Positions 32,214-43,464 are shown, counted from the first letter of the stretch. The stretch: 64,000 nucleotides of DNA from a bacterium (GCA_024231955.1 JAAEPZ010000538.1:766551-830550); one strand, 5' to 3'. Notes: generated from the sequence alone by a model not told the origin. Program-made: numbers and translations.

Positions 32214-34232
32214 TCAGTTGCCGCCCAGCAGCAGCACGAGTTTGTCCACCGAAACATGGTTGGAGAGAATGAGCATCTCCGACGGTTCCAGGTTGCCGAT
32301 CTCGACCACGTCGGCCGTCCAGCCATCCTGCTCCACGGATCGCACCGGCAGCCGGGTGCCGACCGCATAGGGGCCGGTGTAGTCCCCAGCGCAACCAGCC
32401 TGCATCGTGTTGACGATCACCGTCATCTTGCTCCCGGCAGGGGTCAGGCTCCGGTCGACGAGTATCCGTCCGCCCCGCTGCTCCCGTCCGTGGCTGTTCA
32501 GAATGCAGAGCGATTCCTCATCATCAAGGATCCGTGACCAGGCGATCAACTCGCCGGGGCCCTGCCGTTGCAGGTGATCGCCGAATACGGCCAGCGGCCG
32601 CAGATACTGTCGCCCCTTGCGCAGGACGGGGAACAGCACCCGGATGCGATTCAGCTCCGCGATACGGCGAAAGGCCGGGTGCTCCACATCGAAGCAGTGA
32701 TGTCCGACCGTGCCGGACGGCCCGAAGCCTGGCAGTTCGCCGTCCAGGTTGCCCGGCTCGTTGCCGGCCACACCTGTGGCGCGAGGATGCTCCGGACCGA
32801 ACATCGCCTCACGCAGATAGCGATCGTGTTCCCGCCATGAGGGCAGACCCAGCTCCCCCGCCGGGCCGCCGGTCAACGCCTGCTCGGTGCCGTAGTACAG
32901 GCAGGGCACCCCCAGCGTGAACAGCTGCAACGCCACGCCGGCCACGATCTGGTGGTCGCTGGCCGCGCCATGCGAGAAGCGGATCTTGCCCCCGCACACA
33001 TGATCGTGATCATCCAGGCAGGTGACGAACCGTTTGCCCAATGTACTTTTGGTGCCGAGGATGTCGCTGTGGTTCTCGAAGAACGAGAAGAGATCGGAGG
33101 GCGCCTGTAATCCCTTGGCCACATGATTCAATGTGAGGCGCGACTCGCCGATCCGCAGCGTGGCGTTGAGGTTGCGACCCAGCGCGTCGAGGTAGGCGTC
33201 GGCATTGGCGTCGGCGCCCGCGACCTCGCCGACGAGGAAGAAGTCATCCTTGCCCAGGTTGGCGGCGTACTCCTTGATCGCACCGCAGAAATTGCGACCC
33301 TCCTCCTTGGAGACATGCTTGAGCGTGTCGATGCGGAAACCGTCGCAGTCGGTCAGGGCGATCCAGTACTTGTAGCAGCGCGCCAACCAGGAGAGCGTCT
33401 CCGGTTCACGCAGCTGGAAATCGCGCATGTCCTCGAAATCCGTGCGACGATACTCGGACGCGGGATCATCGAGGTTCTCCGGTGTGTCGCCGCCGAGATT
33501 GCCCGACCCTGCGCGGGTATACCGATTCGGTGACTGAAACTCTTTCGGCCAGACACCATCCTCCGCTTGTGTGATCTTCTCCGTCGCCCGGCCCCGCCGA
33601 TCCCGCCAGCGGATACGGCTGTAGCTGTCCATTGTGTAGCGGGCGATCAGTTCACCGCTGTTATTGTCGTCGCGGGCCGGTGTCCCCGGGGGGTACAACC
33701 AGTTCGCCCCCGAGTGGTTGAAGATGATGTCGAGGATGACCCGGATGCCCCGCCAGTGCGCCTCGGCCACCAATTCGACCAGATCGGCGCGCGTGCCGAA
33801 GCGGGGATCGACATCCAGAAAGTCCTGAATGCCGTAGCCATGGTAGGTATCGAGATGGCCGCGCTGCTTGAACACGGGCCCCAGCCAGATGGTTGTGATC
33901 CCCAGTTTCTTGAGATAGAACAGCCTGGAGGTGGCGCCGCGAATCGTCCCGCCCTGCCAGCGGTCGCTGCCCGACTTGGCCCAGTTCTCCCAGTTCAGGC
34001 CTGCGGGCCGCGCTTCGTCGATCCTGTTGCGGTCGAGCAGGGGGCGATCGTTCCGCTCATCGCTGAACCGATCGGGCAGCAGGAAGTAGAGCACCTCATC
34101 GCGCCAGTCGGTGGGGGAGGGATGATACTCCTCGTGCCGTGGCAGTGGAATCTTGGCGACCTCAAGCGGCCTCTCGCGCGCCAACATCATTGCTGCGAAC
34201 CCGCTCATCAATGTATCCTTTTCCGTTTCCAT
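32214..34232 (-). CDS. GH13 alpha-amylase family glycosyl hydrolase
   Basis: YFLLPDRF, YHGYG, DIIFNH, DGFRIDTLKH, GEV, DDHD, YYGTEQ. Confidence 0.92.
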   Translation of the reverse strand: METEKDTLMSGFAAMMLARERPLEVAKIPLPRHEEYHPSPTDWRDEVLYFLLPDRFSDERNDRPLLDRNRIDEARPAGLNWENWAKSGSDRWQGGTIRGATSRLFYLKKLGITTIWLGPVFKQRGHLDTYHGYGIQDFLDVDPRFGTRADLVELVAEAHWRGIRVILDIIFNHSGANWLYPPGTPARDDNNSGELIARYTMDSYSRIRWRDRRGRATEKITQAEDGVWPKEFQSPNRYTRAGSGNLGGDTPENLDDPASEYRRTDFEDMRDFQLREPETLSWLARCYKYWIALTDCDGFRIDTLKHVSKEEGRNFCGAIKEYAANLGKDDFFLVGEVAGADANADAYLDALGRNLNATLRIGESRLTLNHVAKGLQAPSDLFSFFENHSDILGTKSTLGKRFVTCLDDHDHVCGGKIRFSHGAASDHQIVAGVALQLFTLGVPCLYYGTEQALTGGPAGELGLPSWREHDRYLREAMFGPEHPRATGVAGNEPGNLDGELPGFGPSGTVGHHCFDVEHPAFRRIAELNRIRVLFPVLRKGRQYLRPLAVFGDHLQRQGPGELIAWSRILDDEESLCILNSHGREQRGGRILVDRSLTPAGSKMTVIVNTMQAGCAGDYTGPYAVGTRLPVRSVEQDGWTADVVEIGNLEPSEMLILSNHVSVDKLVLLLGGN

Positions 34233-34501
34233 CCATGGGCTTCGACTTCGCGCCGAATGGGAGTCGGCGCGTTTGGAAACAGAGCATCACACAACGATCC
34301 CGGATGCTGCTGCTGCACAGATCTTCGAAGAGGATTGAAAATCCGTCAATCAGCAATTGTTACAAACATGTGATGAAATCTGATCCGTTAACCGGATCTA
34401 TCGAATTGCGGCGGCAAGTGGCAGGAAAATCAGTCGGAATTGCAGATTCCGCAGTCATGAATGGTGACGATCCTCTACAAGCCCGTGATCGGATCCTTCC
34501 A

Positions 34502-34540
34502 TAATAAAGAGAGGGGGCTCCCGACAATCTCGGGAGCCCC
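34502..34540 (-). terminator. Intrinsic terminator of the 1.8-kaa gene
   Basis: GGGGCTCCCGA-caatc-TCGGGAGCCCC; T-rich tail on the minus strand. Confidence 0.75.
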
Positions 34541-34572
34541 GCTTCCGCATGCATACCGGGTTTGATTGTCGA

Positions 34573-37500
34573 TCACCGCAACATGACAAGTCGCTGCTGT
34601 TTGGTGTACCCCTGCGCCTCCATCCGCAGAAGGTAGATTCCGCTGGATTGGTCGTGCCCTCTGTCGTCTCTGCCCCGCCAGACGAGTTCATGGTGTCCCT
34701 GCTCGAAGCGGGTATCGGCCAGACGGATCACCCGGCGGCCCGATAGATCGAAGATACTCATCCGCACCTGGCCCGACTCGGCCAGCGTGAAAGCGATAGT
34801 CACCCGAGGGTTGAACGGGTTGGGATAGGGCGTCAGCAGGCAGGTGGCGATCGGATGCTCGGGCGCGAGCACACTAAGTTCCCCCAACGGGAACCACGCC
34901 TCTTCGCCATCGCGGCCAAAGAGCGTGTAGCTGATCTCCTGACCCGCCCAATCGCCCGGGATTGTGTTGCGCGCCTCGTAACTGCCCTGTTCGATCTCCC
35001 GCCACGGCAACTCAAGCTGCGTATCGGCGTGAGTCGCCTCCAGACGGAATCCGGGGGCCTCGGCAGGCGTCCCCAGCGACCAGTGAAGTATCACGACCCC
35101 CTCTTCGGTCTCGGCCGAAAAATCGGCGAGCAGGACGGGCGTGTCGTCGCAGCCTTGACCGAAGGCGCCCATCTGCACCATACAGATGTTGTTGGCAGGC
35201 AGGCAGGGGGAGCGCGCGTTCAGGGTCATGTTGCCCTCGCTGAGGTCGCAGAGGAGAGGGTTGGCGGAGATGTTGCCGTCCGAGCCGGTCGGGTCCGAGA
35301 GGCTGCCCGTGTAGTTGCCTCCCAGGTTCATGAAGACATTGCTGCAGAAGATGGTGAAAATCTGCTCATCGACCGCTGCGGGGTTGCCCCAGATGCCCCC
35401 CTGGGCGTCGTTGAAGGCAACCAGGCAGGCATTCATGCTCACACAGGCGCCGTCGAAGGCGATGGCGTCGCCCGCCAGGCCGCTGGAATTGCCGACGAAT
35501 GTGCACTCTGACAGGGTGACGCTGGAGTAGAAGGTATACAGACCTCCACCCTTTATGCTGCTTGTGCAGTTCAGAAAACTGACTCGCGTCATGACACTCC
35601 CGCCCTGGCTCAGATATACGGCGCCGCCGCACCCATCCGCATAATGGATGGCCGGTACGTAGGAGGAGCAATCCTCGAACAGAACATCAGTGAAGTTGCC
35701 GTATCCATAAACCGCGCCCCCGACCCCTTGATAGTAGCTTTCAAACCCGTCGGTAGCGTGGTTATCCCTGAATACGCAGTTGTGCAGCTCCATGCCGCGG
35801 GCGAAGATCGCACCGCCTGCACCGGCGTGGTTGCCGCTGAAGGTGCAGTCCCTGATCGTCGGATTGGCACTGGCGGCGATGCTGATCGCTCCGCCGGCTA
35901 TGGCGCTGTTGTTCGCAAAGAGGCAATCGGAGATGAGCGGCGCGCCGTCCCCCCTGACAAGGATCGCACCCCCCGTCGCAAAGGATCCTCCGCAGGAATC
36001 GAAGATCATGTCCTTCACGACGACGTGCTCAGCATCGATGCACAGCGCGGATTCGGCTCGCACGCCTGCCGCACATCTGATGGTGAAGCCGGAGATCTCC
36101 GCGTAGTCGTCTCCACCCATGTTGAACCAGACGGCTCTGCCGAAGCAGTCGCCCCAGGGAGAGTATTCGATAATCGTGGAATCGGGACCCGCAAGGGCAT
36201 GCAGGACGATGCCTCTCCCCCCGAACTCGATGTGATTCTCCCCGATCACCTCATAGGTGCCGGGGCGGACAAGAACGGAGTCGCCGGTGTTGCCGACGGC
36301 CATCGCCTCCTGGATCGTCGGATAGTCATCGGGGACGATGTAGACGGCATAGCCGGCGAGATAGTCCTGGTTGGGCTGATCCGCTGACACATCGCTATAG
36401 ACGATCTCGGGGGGCGAGAAGGTGAAGTCGTCGTGCCGGGGTGTGATGACGCCGCTCCAGTCAACCGGGACATGGAAACCGTAGAACCCCTCCTCATCGC
36501 TGACGTTCGTCATCGCGGCGCCATGGAGCATGACGAAGGCCAGACCCTGGTTGTCCGGGTCGGTTATCCGTCCCGAGATCTCGATCAACGATTCGGCGCA
36601 ACCCTGGCCGTATCTGCCGATCAACCGGGCGCAGGGATTATGCGCAGCCAGGCAGGGGGAGGCGGCGTTCAGCGAGTAGTCGCCGGCCGCCGGATCGCAG
36701 AACAGGGGTTCGACCGCAATGTTGCAGTCGTCGCCTGTCGGATCGTCAAAACCGATATAGGAGCCTCCGCTGTTGCCGAATGAGTTGCAGTTGCTCAGCC
36801 GGATATCTCCGGATGAATCGGTGACGATACCGCCGCCATTGCCGGCGTAGGCCAGGATCGTATCCTCCAGATGCAGGGTTCCCGTTCCGTTATGAAAAAT
36901 GTGCCCGCCCGTGAGATCCTGCAATGTCTCCACCGCATTGTCGACGAATGTGCAGTTCGAGATGCTGGGTGAACAGGTGTTGTCGATGTACATAGCCCCA
37001 CCGTATCCCGATATCTCATAGTATTGATTGAGTTGCGCGAGATTGCCGGTGAACAGGCAATGCTCGAATACGGGGGTTGATTCTCCGCCGCAGTAGACGG
37101 CGCCGCCGTAGCCCTGCATCTGTCCGCCCGATTGAGAGTGGAAAGGCTTGGCGAGATTGTCGCGGAAGGTCACATTGCTGAACACGGGTGCGCCGCCCAG
37201 TATCTGCGTGGCACCTCCTCTTCCTCTACCATTTTCGATGAATAGCGTATTGCGGATCTCCGGAGTGCCGGCCTCGATCCGGAGCGAGGAGTTGGGGTGG
37301 GAGTTGTTCATGAACACACAGTTTTCGATCAGGGGCGAACTGTTCTCAAGTATGTTGAGTACGCCCCCGATGTGATAGCTATCGTCAAAATCCATGTCCC
37401 TGAATATGCAATCACGCAATGTGGCGGAGGAGTTGTCGAAGGTGACGCCGGAATTGCTGCTGCCCGTGATCGTGAACCCCTCAATCAGGAGCGCACGTGA

Positions 37501-40038
37501 TTCGTTCCCGCGGATCATCAACCCGCTTTGATAAGCGTCCGTGTTGATGATCGTGGTCTGCGCCGACCCGCCGCTGCCGATCAGGACAACATCCTTGCCG
37601 AGGAAATCTATCACCCCCCCGGGATACCCGGCGAGCGAGTATTCTCCGGGCGCCACCAGAATAGTATCTCCCGCCACGGCGAAGTCCAGCGCAGTCTGGA
37701 TGTCGGGGAAGATGCTGGGTACGAGATGGGGTTGGGACAGGCGTGTAGCCGTGAAATCCTGATCGGGGATATCTCCGTTCAGATCCGTATAGGAGCGGCT
37801 CGCCGGGGTCATGTCGTAGCCGAACTTGACGGGGGTCGCCGTGTCCGACCAGCCCGTCTGTCTGACCATCCCGTAATATCCCGTCTCGTCGGTGCGGGTC
37901 TCATACAGGCCGCTGGTGTCGATCAGAACATCCGCCAACGGTTCGCCCATCGTATCGAGCACATGGCCGCTGATCAGGTAATCGCTGACCTCGTCGCAGC
38001 CTCGGCCGAACATGCCCATCCGTCGGCCGCATCCGTTGTTTTCCGGCAGACAGGGAGAATTCGCACCCAGTTGATAAACACCGGAGAGTTGGGCACAGAA
38101 ACGGGGATCAAGGGAGATGTTGCCGTTCCGACCTGTTTGATCGCCCAGATTCTCGCAGTAGTTGCCGCCAAGGTTGTCGAATACGTCGGAGCAGGATATG
38201 GTCAGGACGCTGCCGTAAGGTTGTTTGAGCGCCGGCATGCTGCCCATATTGAAAGCAATGATACTCTCGGTCAAAGTGAATTCCCCGCCGTGGAGTTTAA
38301 CCGCCGGGCTTTTATTCTCCACCAGAGTGAGGTCCGAGCAACTTACGGATGCGTACAACGCGAATATCCCTCCGCTGGTTAAGGCACTGTTCCCTCGGAT
38401 CAGCGAGTTGTGCAACTCCAAGTCGGCATCGAGTCCGACATACAGCGCACCAGCCTGCTCGGCGCTGCAACCGGTGATCTGGAGATCCGAAATCACCCCC
38501 CGGGCAGCGCCCGCAATGTAGATACCTCCGCCTTGGCTGGAAGCGTGACAACCTTGGATCCGGATATCCACCAACGTAAAATCCATAGCATCCAGGAAGA
38601 TGCCGGCGCCGTCATGGGGGACGCTGCCGTTGATGATGCTGATGCCCTGGATACGGATGGAGGGCATCTCGGCGGACGACTGGATATCGAAACCGCGGCC
38701 TGCGCCCTCGCAATCGATGACCGTGACATCGGAGCCGCCCTCACCGATCAGGCTTATGTCCCGGTTGCCGAGAACGATCTCCTTGTTCCCCTCGCCGGTG
38801 TAGAGACCCGGCGCTACAATCACGGTGTAGCCGTCGAGGCAGGCATCCACGGCAGCCTGGATCGTGGGGTAGTCGGCGGGTACGTGATGGGATTGAACCT
38901 CACCGATGCAACCCATGCCGAGATAACCCATCAGCTCATGACAGTCATTGTTTGCGGGTAGACACTCCGAGTTCACCCCCAATGACAGATCGCCCGCCTC
39001 AAGATCGCAGAACAGCGGATCGACTCCGATGTTGCACGCCACACCAACCTGGCTGGGGATGCCGCCCCCGAAATTGCCGTGCGTGTTTCCGAAGATATCG
39101 CTGCTGGAGATATCGAATACTATGAAATTGTAGGCGTGGATACCATGCTGGTCGCCATGGTTGAAAGCGATAATGCCGTTGCGGAATTCAACTTCGCTGT
39201 AGGATCCAGCGCAATAGATGCCGCCGTTGCCGTTGTCTACGATATCGACCTGCTCCATCTCGATATCGCGGGAGTTTATGACATAGATACCGCCGCCGTT
39301 GAGAGCCGATGTGTTGCTGCGGATCTCGCCCTTCTCGATCACTGTAGCGGTGTTGTCGCTCAGGTGGAGTCCGCCGCCGCTGCCGTCCGTGCTGCAGCCG
39401 CTGATTATGAAATTCGTCAATATGCCCGCCGAGGCGTTCATGCTGAAGAGCCCGCCACCGTTTACCCGGGCAAAGCAATCGGTGATCACGATCCGATTCA
39501 GATCGGTTGAGCCGGGGGTTTCCAGATAGATGCCGCCACCCATCTCTGTGGATTGACATTCACTGATCAACAGGTCCTCGATGACGAGATGGTCGGGCAG
39601 AATGGCGTATAGACCGCCGCCATCGCCCACGCTGCTGCAATTCTCAATGATCAGATCGGCAAGGGCAGGTTTTCCCTGCAGACAGAAAATGCCGCCGCCA
39701 GATCCCGGTACATCGCCGTTGCGGATGGTGAACCCCTGAATGCGGTAGGGGACGTTCTCGTTCATCAGAATATAGAAGCCGCGGCCTGCGCCTTCGCAAT
39801 CGATTATCGTGGCTGCGGCTCCCCCGACCCCGATAACGGCGATTTCAAGGAAACTGATCTCTATGTCGACGTTGCCGGGACCGCTGTAGACGCCCGGCGC
39901 AACCAGAACGGTGTCGCCTGCGGCGGCGGCGTCGACACCCGCCTGGATGGTTGGAGCATCCTCAGGTACGGATATTGTTATTGCGGTGGCGGTTGAAGCG
40001 AAACAGAGGAGCAGACAGATACAGGCGGAGATGCGCAT
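34573..40038 (-). CDS. Giant secreted protein: four pectin-lyase-like beta-helix modules + FlgD-Ig tail
   Basis: Signal peptide; four VP.D.PTIQ starts, GGG/GGAI repeats, four Cys-rich DPLFC...SPCL...GC caps; YPNPFNP tail. Confidence 0.88.
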   Translation of the reverse strand: MRISACICLLLCFASTATAITISVPEDAPTIQAGVDAAAAGDTVLVAPGVYSGPGNVDIEISFLEIAVIGVGGAAATIIDCEGAGRGFYILMNENVPYRIQGFTIRNGDVPGSGGGIFCLQGKPALADLIIENCSSVGDGGGLYAILPDHLVIEDLLISECQSTEMGGGIYLETPGSTDLNRIVITDCFARVNGGGLFSMNASAGILTNFIISGCSTDGSGGGLHLSDNTATVIEKGEIRSNTSALNGGGIYVINSRDIEMEQVDIVDNGNGGIYCAGSYSEVEFRNGIIAFNHGDQHGIHAYNFIVFDISSSDIFGNTHGNFGGGIPSQVGVACNIGVDPLFCDLEAGDLSLGVNSECLPANNDCHELMGYLGMGCIGEVQSHHVPADYPTIQAAVDACLDGYTVIVAPGLYTGEGNKEIVLGNRDISLIGEGGSDVTVIDCEGAGRGFDIQSSAEMPSIRIQGISIINGSVPHDGAGIFLDAMDFTLVDIRIQGCHASSQGGGIYIAGAARGVISDLQITGCSAEQAGALYVGLDADLELHNSLIRGNSALTSGGIFALYASVSCSDLTLVENKSPAVKLHGGEFTLTESIIAFNMGSMPALKQPYGSVLTISCSDVFDNLGGNYCENLGDQTGRNGNISLDPRFCAQLSGVYQLGANSPCLPENNGCGRRMGMFGRGCDEVSDYLISGHVLDTMGEPLADVLIDTSGLYETRTDETGYYGMVRQTGWSDTATPVKFGYDMTPASRSYTDLNGDIPDQDFTATRLSQPHLVPSIFPDIQTALDFAVAGDTILVAPGEYSLAGYPGGVIDFLGKDVVLIGSGGSAQTTIINTDAYQSGLMIRGNESRALLIEGFTITGSSNSGVTFDNSSATLRDCIFRDMDFDDSYHIGGVLNILENSSPLIENCVFMNNSHPNSSLRIEAGTPEIRNTLFIENGRGRGGATQILGGAPVFSNVTFRDNLAKPFHSQSGGQMQGYGGAVYCGGESTPVFEHCLFTGNLAQLNQYYEISGYGGAMYIDNTCSPSISNCTFVDNAVETLQDLTGGHIFHNGTGTLHLEDTILAYAGNGGGIVTDSSGDIRLSNCNSFGNSGGSYIGFDDPTGDDCNIAVEPLFCDPAAGDYSLNAASPCLAAHNPCARLIGRYGQGCAESLIEISGRITDPDNQGLAFVMLHGAAMTNVSDEEGFYGFHVPVDWSGVITPRHDDFTFSPPEIVYSDVSADQPNQDYLAGYAVYIVPDDYPTIQEAMAVGNTGDSVLVRPGTYEVIGENHIEFGGRGIVLHALAGPDSTIIEYSPWGDCFGRAVWFNMGGDDYAEISGFTIRCAAGVRAESALCIDAEHVVVKDMIFDSCGGSFATGGAILVRGDGAPLISDCLFANNSAIAGGAISIAASANPTIRDCTFSGNHAGAGGAIFARGMELHNCVFRDNHATDGFESYYQGVGGAVYGYGNFTDVLFEDCSSYVPAIHYADGCGGAVYLSQGGSVMTRVSFLNCTSSIKGGGLYTFYSSVTLSECTFVGNSSGLAGDAIAFDGACVSMNACLVAFNDAQGGIWGNPAAVDEQIFTIFCSNVFMNLGGNYTGSLSDPTGSDGNISANPLLCDLSEGNMTLNARSPCLPANNICMVQMGAFGQGCDDTPVLLADFSAETEEGVVILHWSLGTPAEAPGFRLEATHADTQLELPWREIEQGSYEARNTIPGDWAGQEISYTLFGRDGEEAWFPLGELSVLAPEHPIATCLLTPYPNPFNPRVTIAFTLAESGQVRMSIFDLSGRRVIRLADTRFEQGHHELVWRGRDDRGHDQSSGIYLLRMEAQGYTKQQRLVMLR

Positions 40039-40248
40039 TATTACCTCTAGACAAGCTGTCCTGCATAATCCTGTGCAGGTATCAGTCAACCCTGAATATT
40101 AGTTGAACGGACCAATAGCGATGCGACGTAATAGCCTCCTGTATGAAGTAATATTAACATGGCGGCATAGGACTGTCAACGCGCAGTGAACACCGAGGGG
40201 GGATGGCGGATCTCATATGGGATCGGTTGCGAACAGGATCGACGCGAA

Positions 40249-41700
40249 TCAATCCCCCACCCAGGCCATATCCCTGTCGATGGGGTAGACGGGACGGCGC
40301 AGCCGCGTAAATGGCATCTCCTCGATCCGGCAGTCGGTGGCTCCGGGCGTGAGCGCCAGGATCGAACGGGGGCAGATGGCCTGGAGCGCGGCGGTCAGAT
40401 AGCCCCGTTTGATCGCCACCAGGCGATAACTTAGCGGGTCGAGGCCCAGTCGCTCATATTGTATCGGCTCGAGGAAATTGAGACGTCCCGTCGACAGGAT
40501 GATATCCACGCCCCGGCAGCGGACCAGCGCGACAGGTCCCTCGAGCTCGCGCCCATCGTACGATTCACGTTGATCGAAGAGCGCCAATACCTCGCAGTTC
40601 ACGGAGATCGACTCGCCGTGCCGTCTCTCGATCTTGCCGCCGATGCTCAAAGCCACATCGGCTCCGATTCCCGCCTCCCTGCAGGCGGCAACGGCGGCTT
40701 CGTCCCGGATCGAGGAGAACAATGCGCCCTGAACATCCCGCATCAGCAGGGCCGCGAGCAGCGCGGTGACATCCGTTGTGCCCCCGGCGCCGGGGTTGTC
40801 GCCCGTATCGGAGAGAAAGACGGTGCTCTCAGACGCAACCAGCGCCAGGGTCACCGCCTCCTCGATGGGCACCGCCTCCGCGTTGGCGGCGAAGTCGGCG
40901 CGCCTGCTCCAAAACAGTTCGGCGAGTTCGGCGGCACCGGCGTGGGCCAACTGCAGGTCATTGTCGGTGACCACAACCGCAGCCACGCCGAGATCGGGGA
41001 TGTCCGCCCAGCAGTGGCCATTGGCGACGGCCGCCGCCAGGATACCCGGTTGGGCCTCGAGTTGCGCAACCCGGTTCATTACGTCGAGCATGGGGGGGAG
41101 ATCGGTTTGCGCCATCTCACCCGGCAACAGAAAGGGGATGCGCGCCAGACCGATGCGGGGACGCACACCGTGGCGCAATATGCCGAGGAGCAGTCGGGCG
41201 GCACGTACGCCGGTGTCGTAGGTGTCGATGTGCGGCGCGGTGTGGTAAACCGTCAGAGCGTCCACCTGCGCCACGAGGTCTGCGGTGATATTGGCGTGCA
41301 TGTCCAGGGAGATGACCACGGGGATGTCGGGACCGACGATTCGCCGCAGCTCCGCGAGTATCGCCGCCTCGCAGTAATCGATCCCCTCCGTGCGCATGGC
41401 GCCGTGGAGGTGCAGGCAGACGCCATCGATATCGACGGCGGCTGCGAGCAGCCTTTTACTGAACTCCTCGAATGACGCCCGCTCAACCACTCCGCCGGGC
41501 ATGGCGCTGGCGATGAGCGATGGCTTGAGTTCGACACCCTCGGATACGAGAGTGTCGATAATGCCGCCGATCGCCGCCTGCAGGAGGGGACCCTCCTGCA
41601 GCATCTCATCACCGAACCGGAGGTGGAAATCACTGCGTTGCGTCAGATGTGGGGTGAACGTGTTGGACTCGTGTCCGATGTGACCGACGAGAACCTTCAC
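40249..41700 (-). CDS. M81 family metallopeptidase (MlrC-like)
   Basis: HESNTF, LHGAM, DMHAN, PHID, DNPGAG, RRPVYPID. Confidence 0.92.
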   Translation of the reverse strand: MKVLVGHIGHESNTFTPHLTQRSDFHLRFGDEMLQEGPLLQAAIGGIIDTLVSEGVELKPSLIASAMPGGVVERASFEEFSKRLLAAAVDIDGVCLHLHGAMRTEGIDYCEAAILAELRRIVGPDIPVVISLDMHANITADLVAQVDALTVYHTAPHIDTYDTGVRAARLLLGILRHGVRPRIGLARIPFLLPGEMAQTDLPPMLDVMNRVAQLEAQPGILAAAVANGHCWADIPDLGVAAVVVTDNDLQLAHAGAAELAELFWSRRADFAANAEAVPIEEAVTLALVASESTVFLSDTGDNPGAGGTTDVTALLAALLMRDVQGALFSSIRDEAAVAACREAGIGADVALSIGGKIERRHGESISVNCEVLALFDQRESYDGRELEGPVALVRCRGVDIILSTGRLNFLEPIQYERLGLDPLSYRLVAIKRGYLTAALQAICPRSILALTPGATDCRIEEMPFTRLRRPVYPIDRDMAWVGD

Positions 41701-41725
41701 GGATGCCTCTCCCCGCTTCAGGCGA

Positions 41726-43306
41726 TCAATGACCGCCCAGTTTGATGGCGTCACTCACCGCGAAACGTTCACGACGAACTGCCTGTTGCTTGCCGAGACG
41801 GTCCTCAACAGTGATCTCCAGGATATAGCCGCCCGGGTCCAGGTCGTCAACCGAGATGGTCAGCGGATGGACCGATTGCCCCCCGGCCTGACGATTGGCC
41901 AGTGTCGAGCTGATGTCGATGCTGTCCCTGTCGAAGTTCAACAGCCAGCCGCTCGTGCTCTCCCGCTTGGCCTCGAGAATGCGATAGCTCAGACGATAGT
42001 CGTTGAGTCCGTGGGCATCCGTGGCCAGATTGTAGATCTCGAAGTATACGGAGAGCGGATGATGCTTGTTGTAGGAGCGCAACGGGTGGGGGAAGATATT
42101 CCATTCACCCTTGCGGAACAGCTTGGGTTCCGCGTTGCCGTTGATCGCGCTGGCGAAGGCGATGTCGCTGAGGCGCAGGCTGTCCCCCAGATCGGGCACG
42201 GTGACCTTCGTGGTGTAGATCTGCAGAGCATCGCCCTGCATATCCTCCAGACGCAACGCGGCGCTGTATTCGCCGGGGAGGATCTCATGGACCATCAGAC
42301 CGGAGAACAGCTGCCCCTGATTTTCCGGTTCCTCGGTTCTCCTGTCGAAACGGATCTTGTTGCTGACTTCACTGACCGCTGTGCCGAGTGAATCGAAGAG
42401 TGTGCAACTCTGCAGCAACCCGGCTTCCCACCTGTTGTGTCCGGGCTTCCTCTTGAACTCCAGATCGTTCAGCCGGATCTGGTAACTCACATCCACCCGC
42501 ATGGCTGCGGTTTGGCTGCGGAAGCAGTCCATCGCGAACACGCTCCACAGAGGTTGGTTGTCCGTGAAGAGAGTGGAGTGGACCTCCCCGTTCTTCACAG
42601 CCTTCTGCAGTGAAGCCCGCATCATGGTCTGTTTGTTGATCGGATAGGGCGCAGGGGAGGAGTACTGCAGCTGCGACATTATCGGCCCGAGATCCTCCCC
42701 CTTGTTCTCCCTTCTTACGGTCTGCAGCGAGACATACTTGCCCGCGGCTTCAAAGTACTCGCTCGTGGTCAAGTGTTGTTCATAGGTCATCATGTACATC
42801 AGGTCGCTCCAGACCCAGGTCAGCCTGTTGCCGTTGACGTAGGTCAGGATATCGACCGGTTCGAAGTATACCTGGTCGGGGGGGCCGAACATGATGTAGT
42901 CGCGGCCGCGATGATCGAACCCAGGCGGATCGACCGACGTGTAGATATCCAGAGCGAGCTTGAGCCTGCGCAGGTGCTCCTCCCGCCGCTCGTTCACCGG
43001 CGTCGTCGGGCTGGGATCACGCACTCGCCAGAACTCCTCAAGCCAGAGATCCAGCTCCCTCTTGTCGGTAATCCGGACAAAGGACTGATGCTCCTCGGGG
43101 GACATGATCAGGGACAGATGCATGCGCGAGGAGCTCTTTTCGGGGAAGCTGATCTCTCCGGGCACAGTGCCGTAGAGCGGAGGTTTCGATTTGCCGCATC
43201 GGCAGAGCCCCCCTATGGTCAGCAGCAGCATCAGGAGGAGCAGGGGATACTTGGCGCTGATGAGGATGTTGTGGGCAGCTGATCTTTGTTTGGGGCGTTG
43301 AGACAT
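41726..43306 (-). CDS. GWxTD-domain-like protein (variant motif), predicted exported
   Basis: FWRVRDPSPTTPVNE..EH..R; DHRGRDYIMFGPPD; C-terminal YFEIYNL Ig-like region. Confidence 0.8.
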   Translation of the reverse strand: MSQRPKQRSAAHNILISAKYPLLLLMLLLTIGGLCRCGKSKPPLYGTVPGEISFPEKSSSRMHLSLIMSPEEHQSFVRITDKRELDLWLEEFWRVRDPSPTTPVNERREEHLRRLKLALDIYTSVDPPGFDHRGRDYIMFGPPDQVYFEPVDILTYVNGNRLTWVWSDLMYMMTYEQHLTTSEYFEAAGKYVSLQTVRRENKGEDLGPIMSQLQYSSPAPYPINKQTMMRASLQKAVKNGEVHSTLFTDNQPLWSVFAMDCFRSQTAAMRVDVSYQIRLNDLEFKRKPGHNRWEAGLLQSCTLFDSLGTAVSEVSNKIRFDRRTEEPENQGQLFSGLMVHEILPGEYSAALRLEDMQGDALQIYTTKVTVPDLGDSLRLSDIAFASAINGNAEPKLFRKGEWNIFPHPLRSYNKHHPLSVYFEIYNLATDAHGLNDYRLSYRILEAKRESTSGWLLNFDRDSIDISSTLANRQAGGQSVHPLTISVDDLDPGGYILEITVEDRLGKQQAVRRERFAVSDAIKLGGH

Positions 43307-43464
43307 GAAAAACTCCAGGCAGGACCGCTGTTTGAAATCATCTCATCCGTTGTGATGAGATAGGGATCTGTCGGCTCGCAATTTATATGAACCGGGCAAC
43401 CTGGCAAGGATTGGCTGTATTGATAAACCTCTTGACGGCGGGAGGGAAGCGGAAAATCGCCGGG

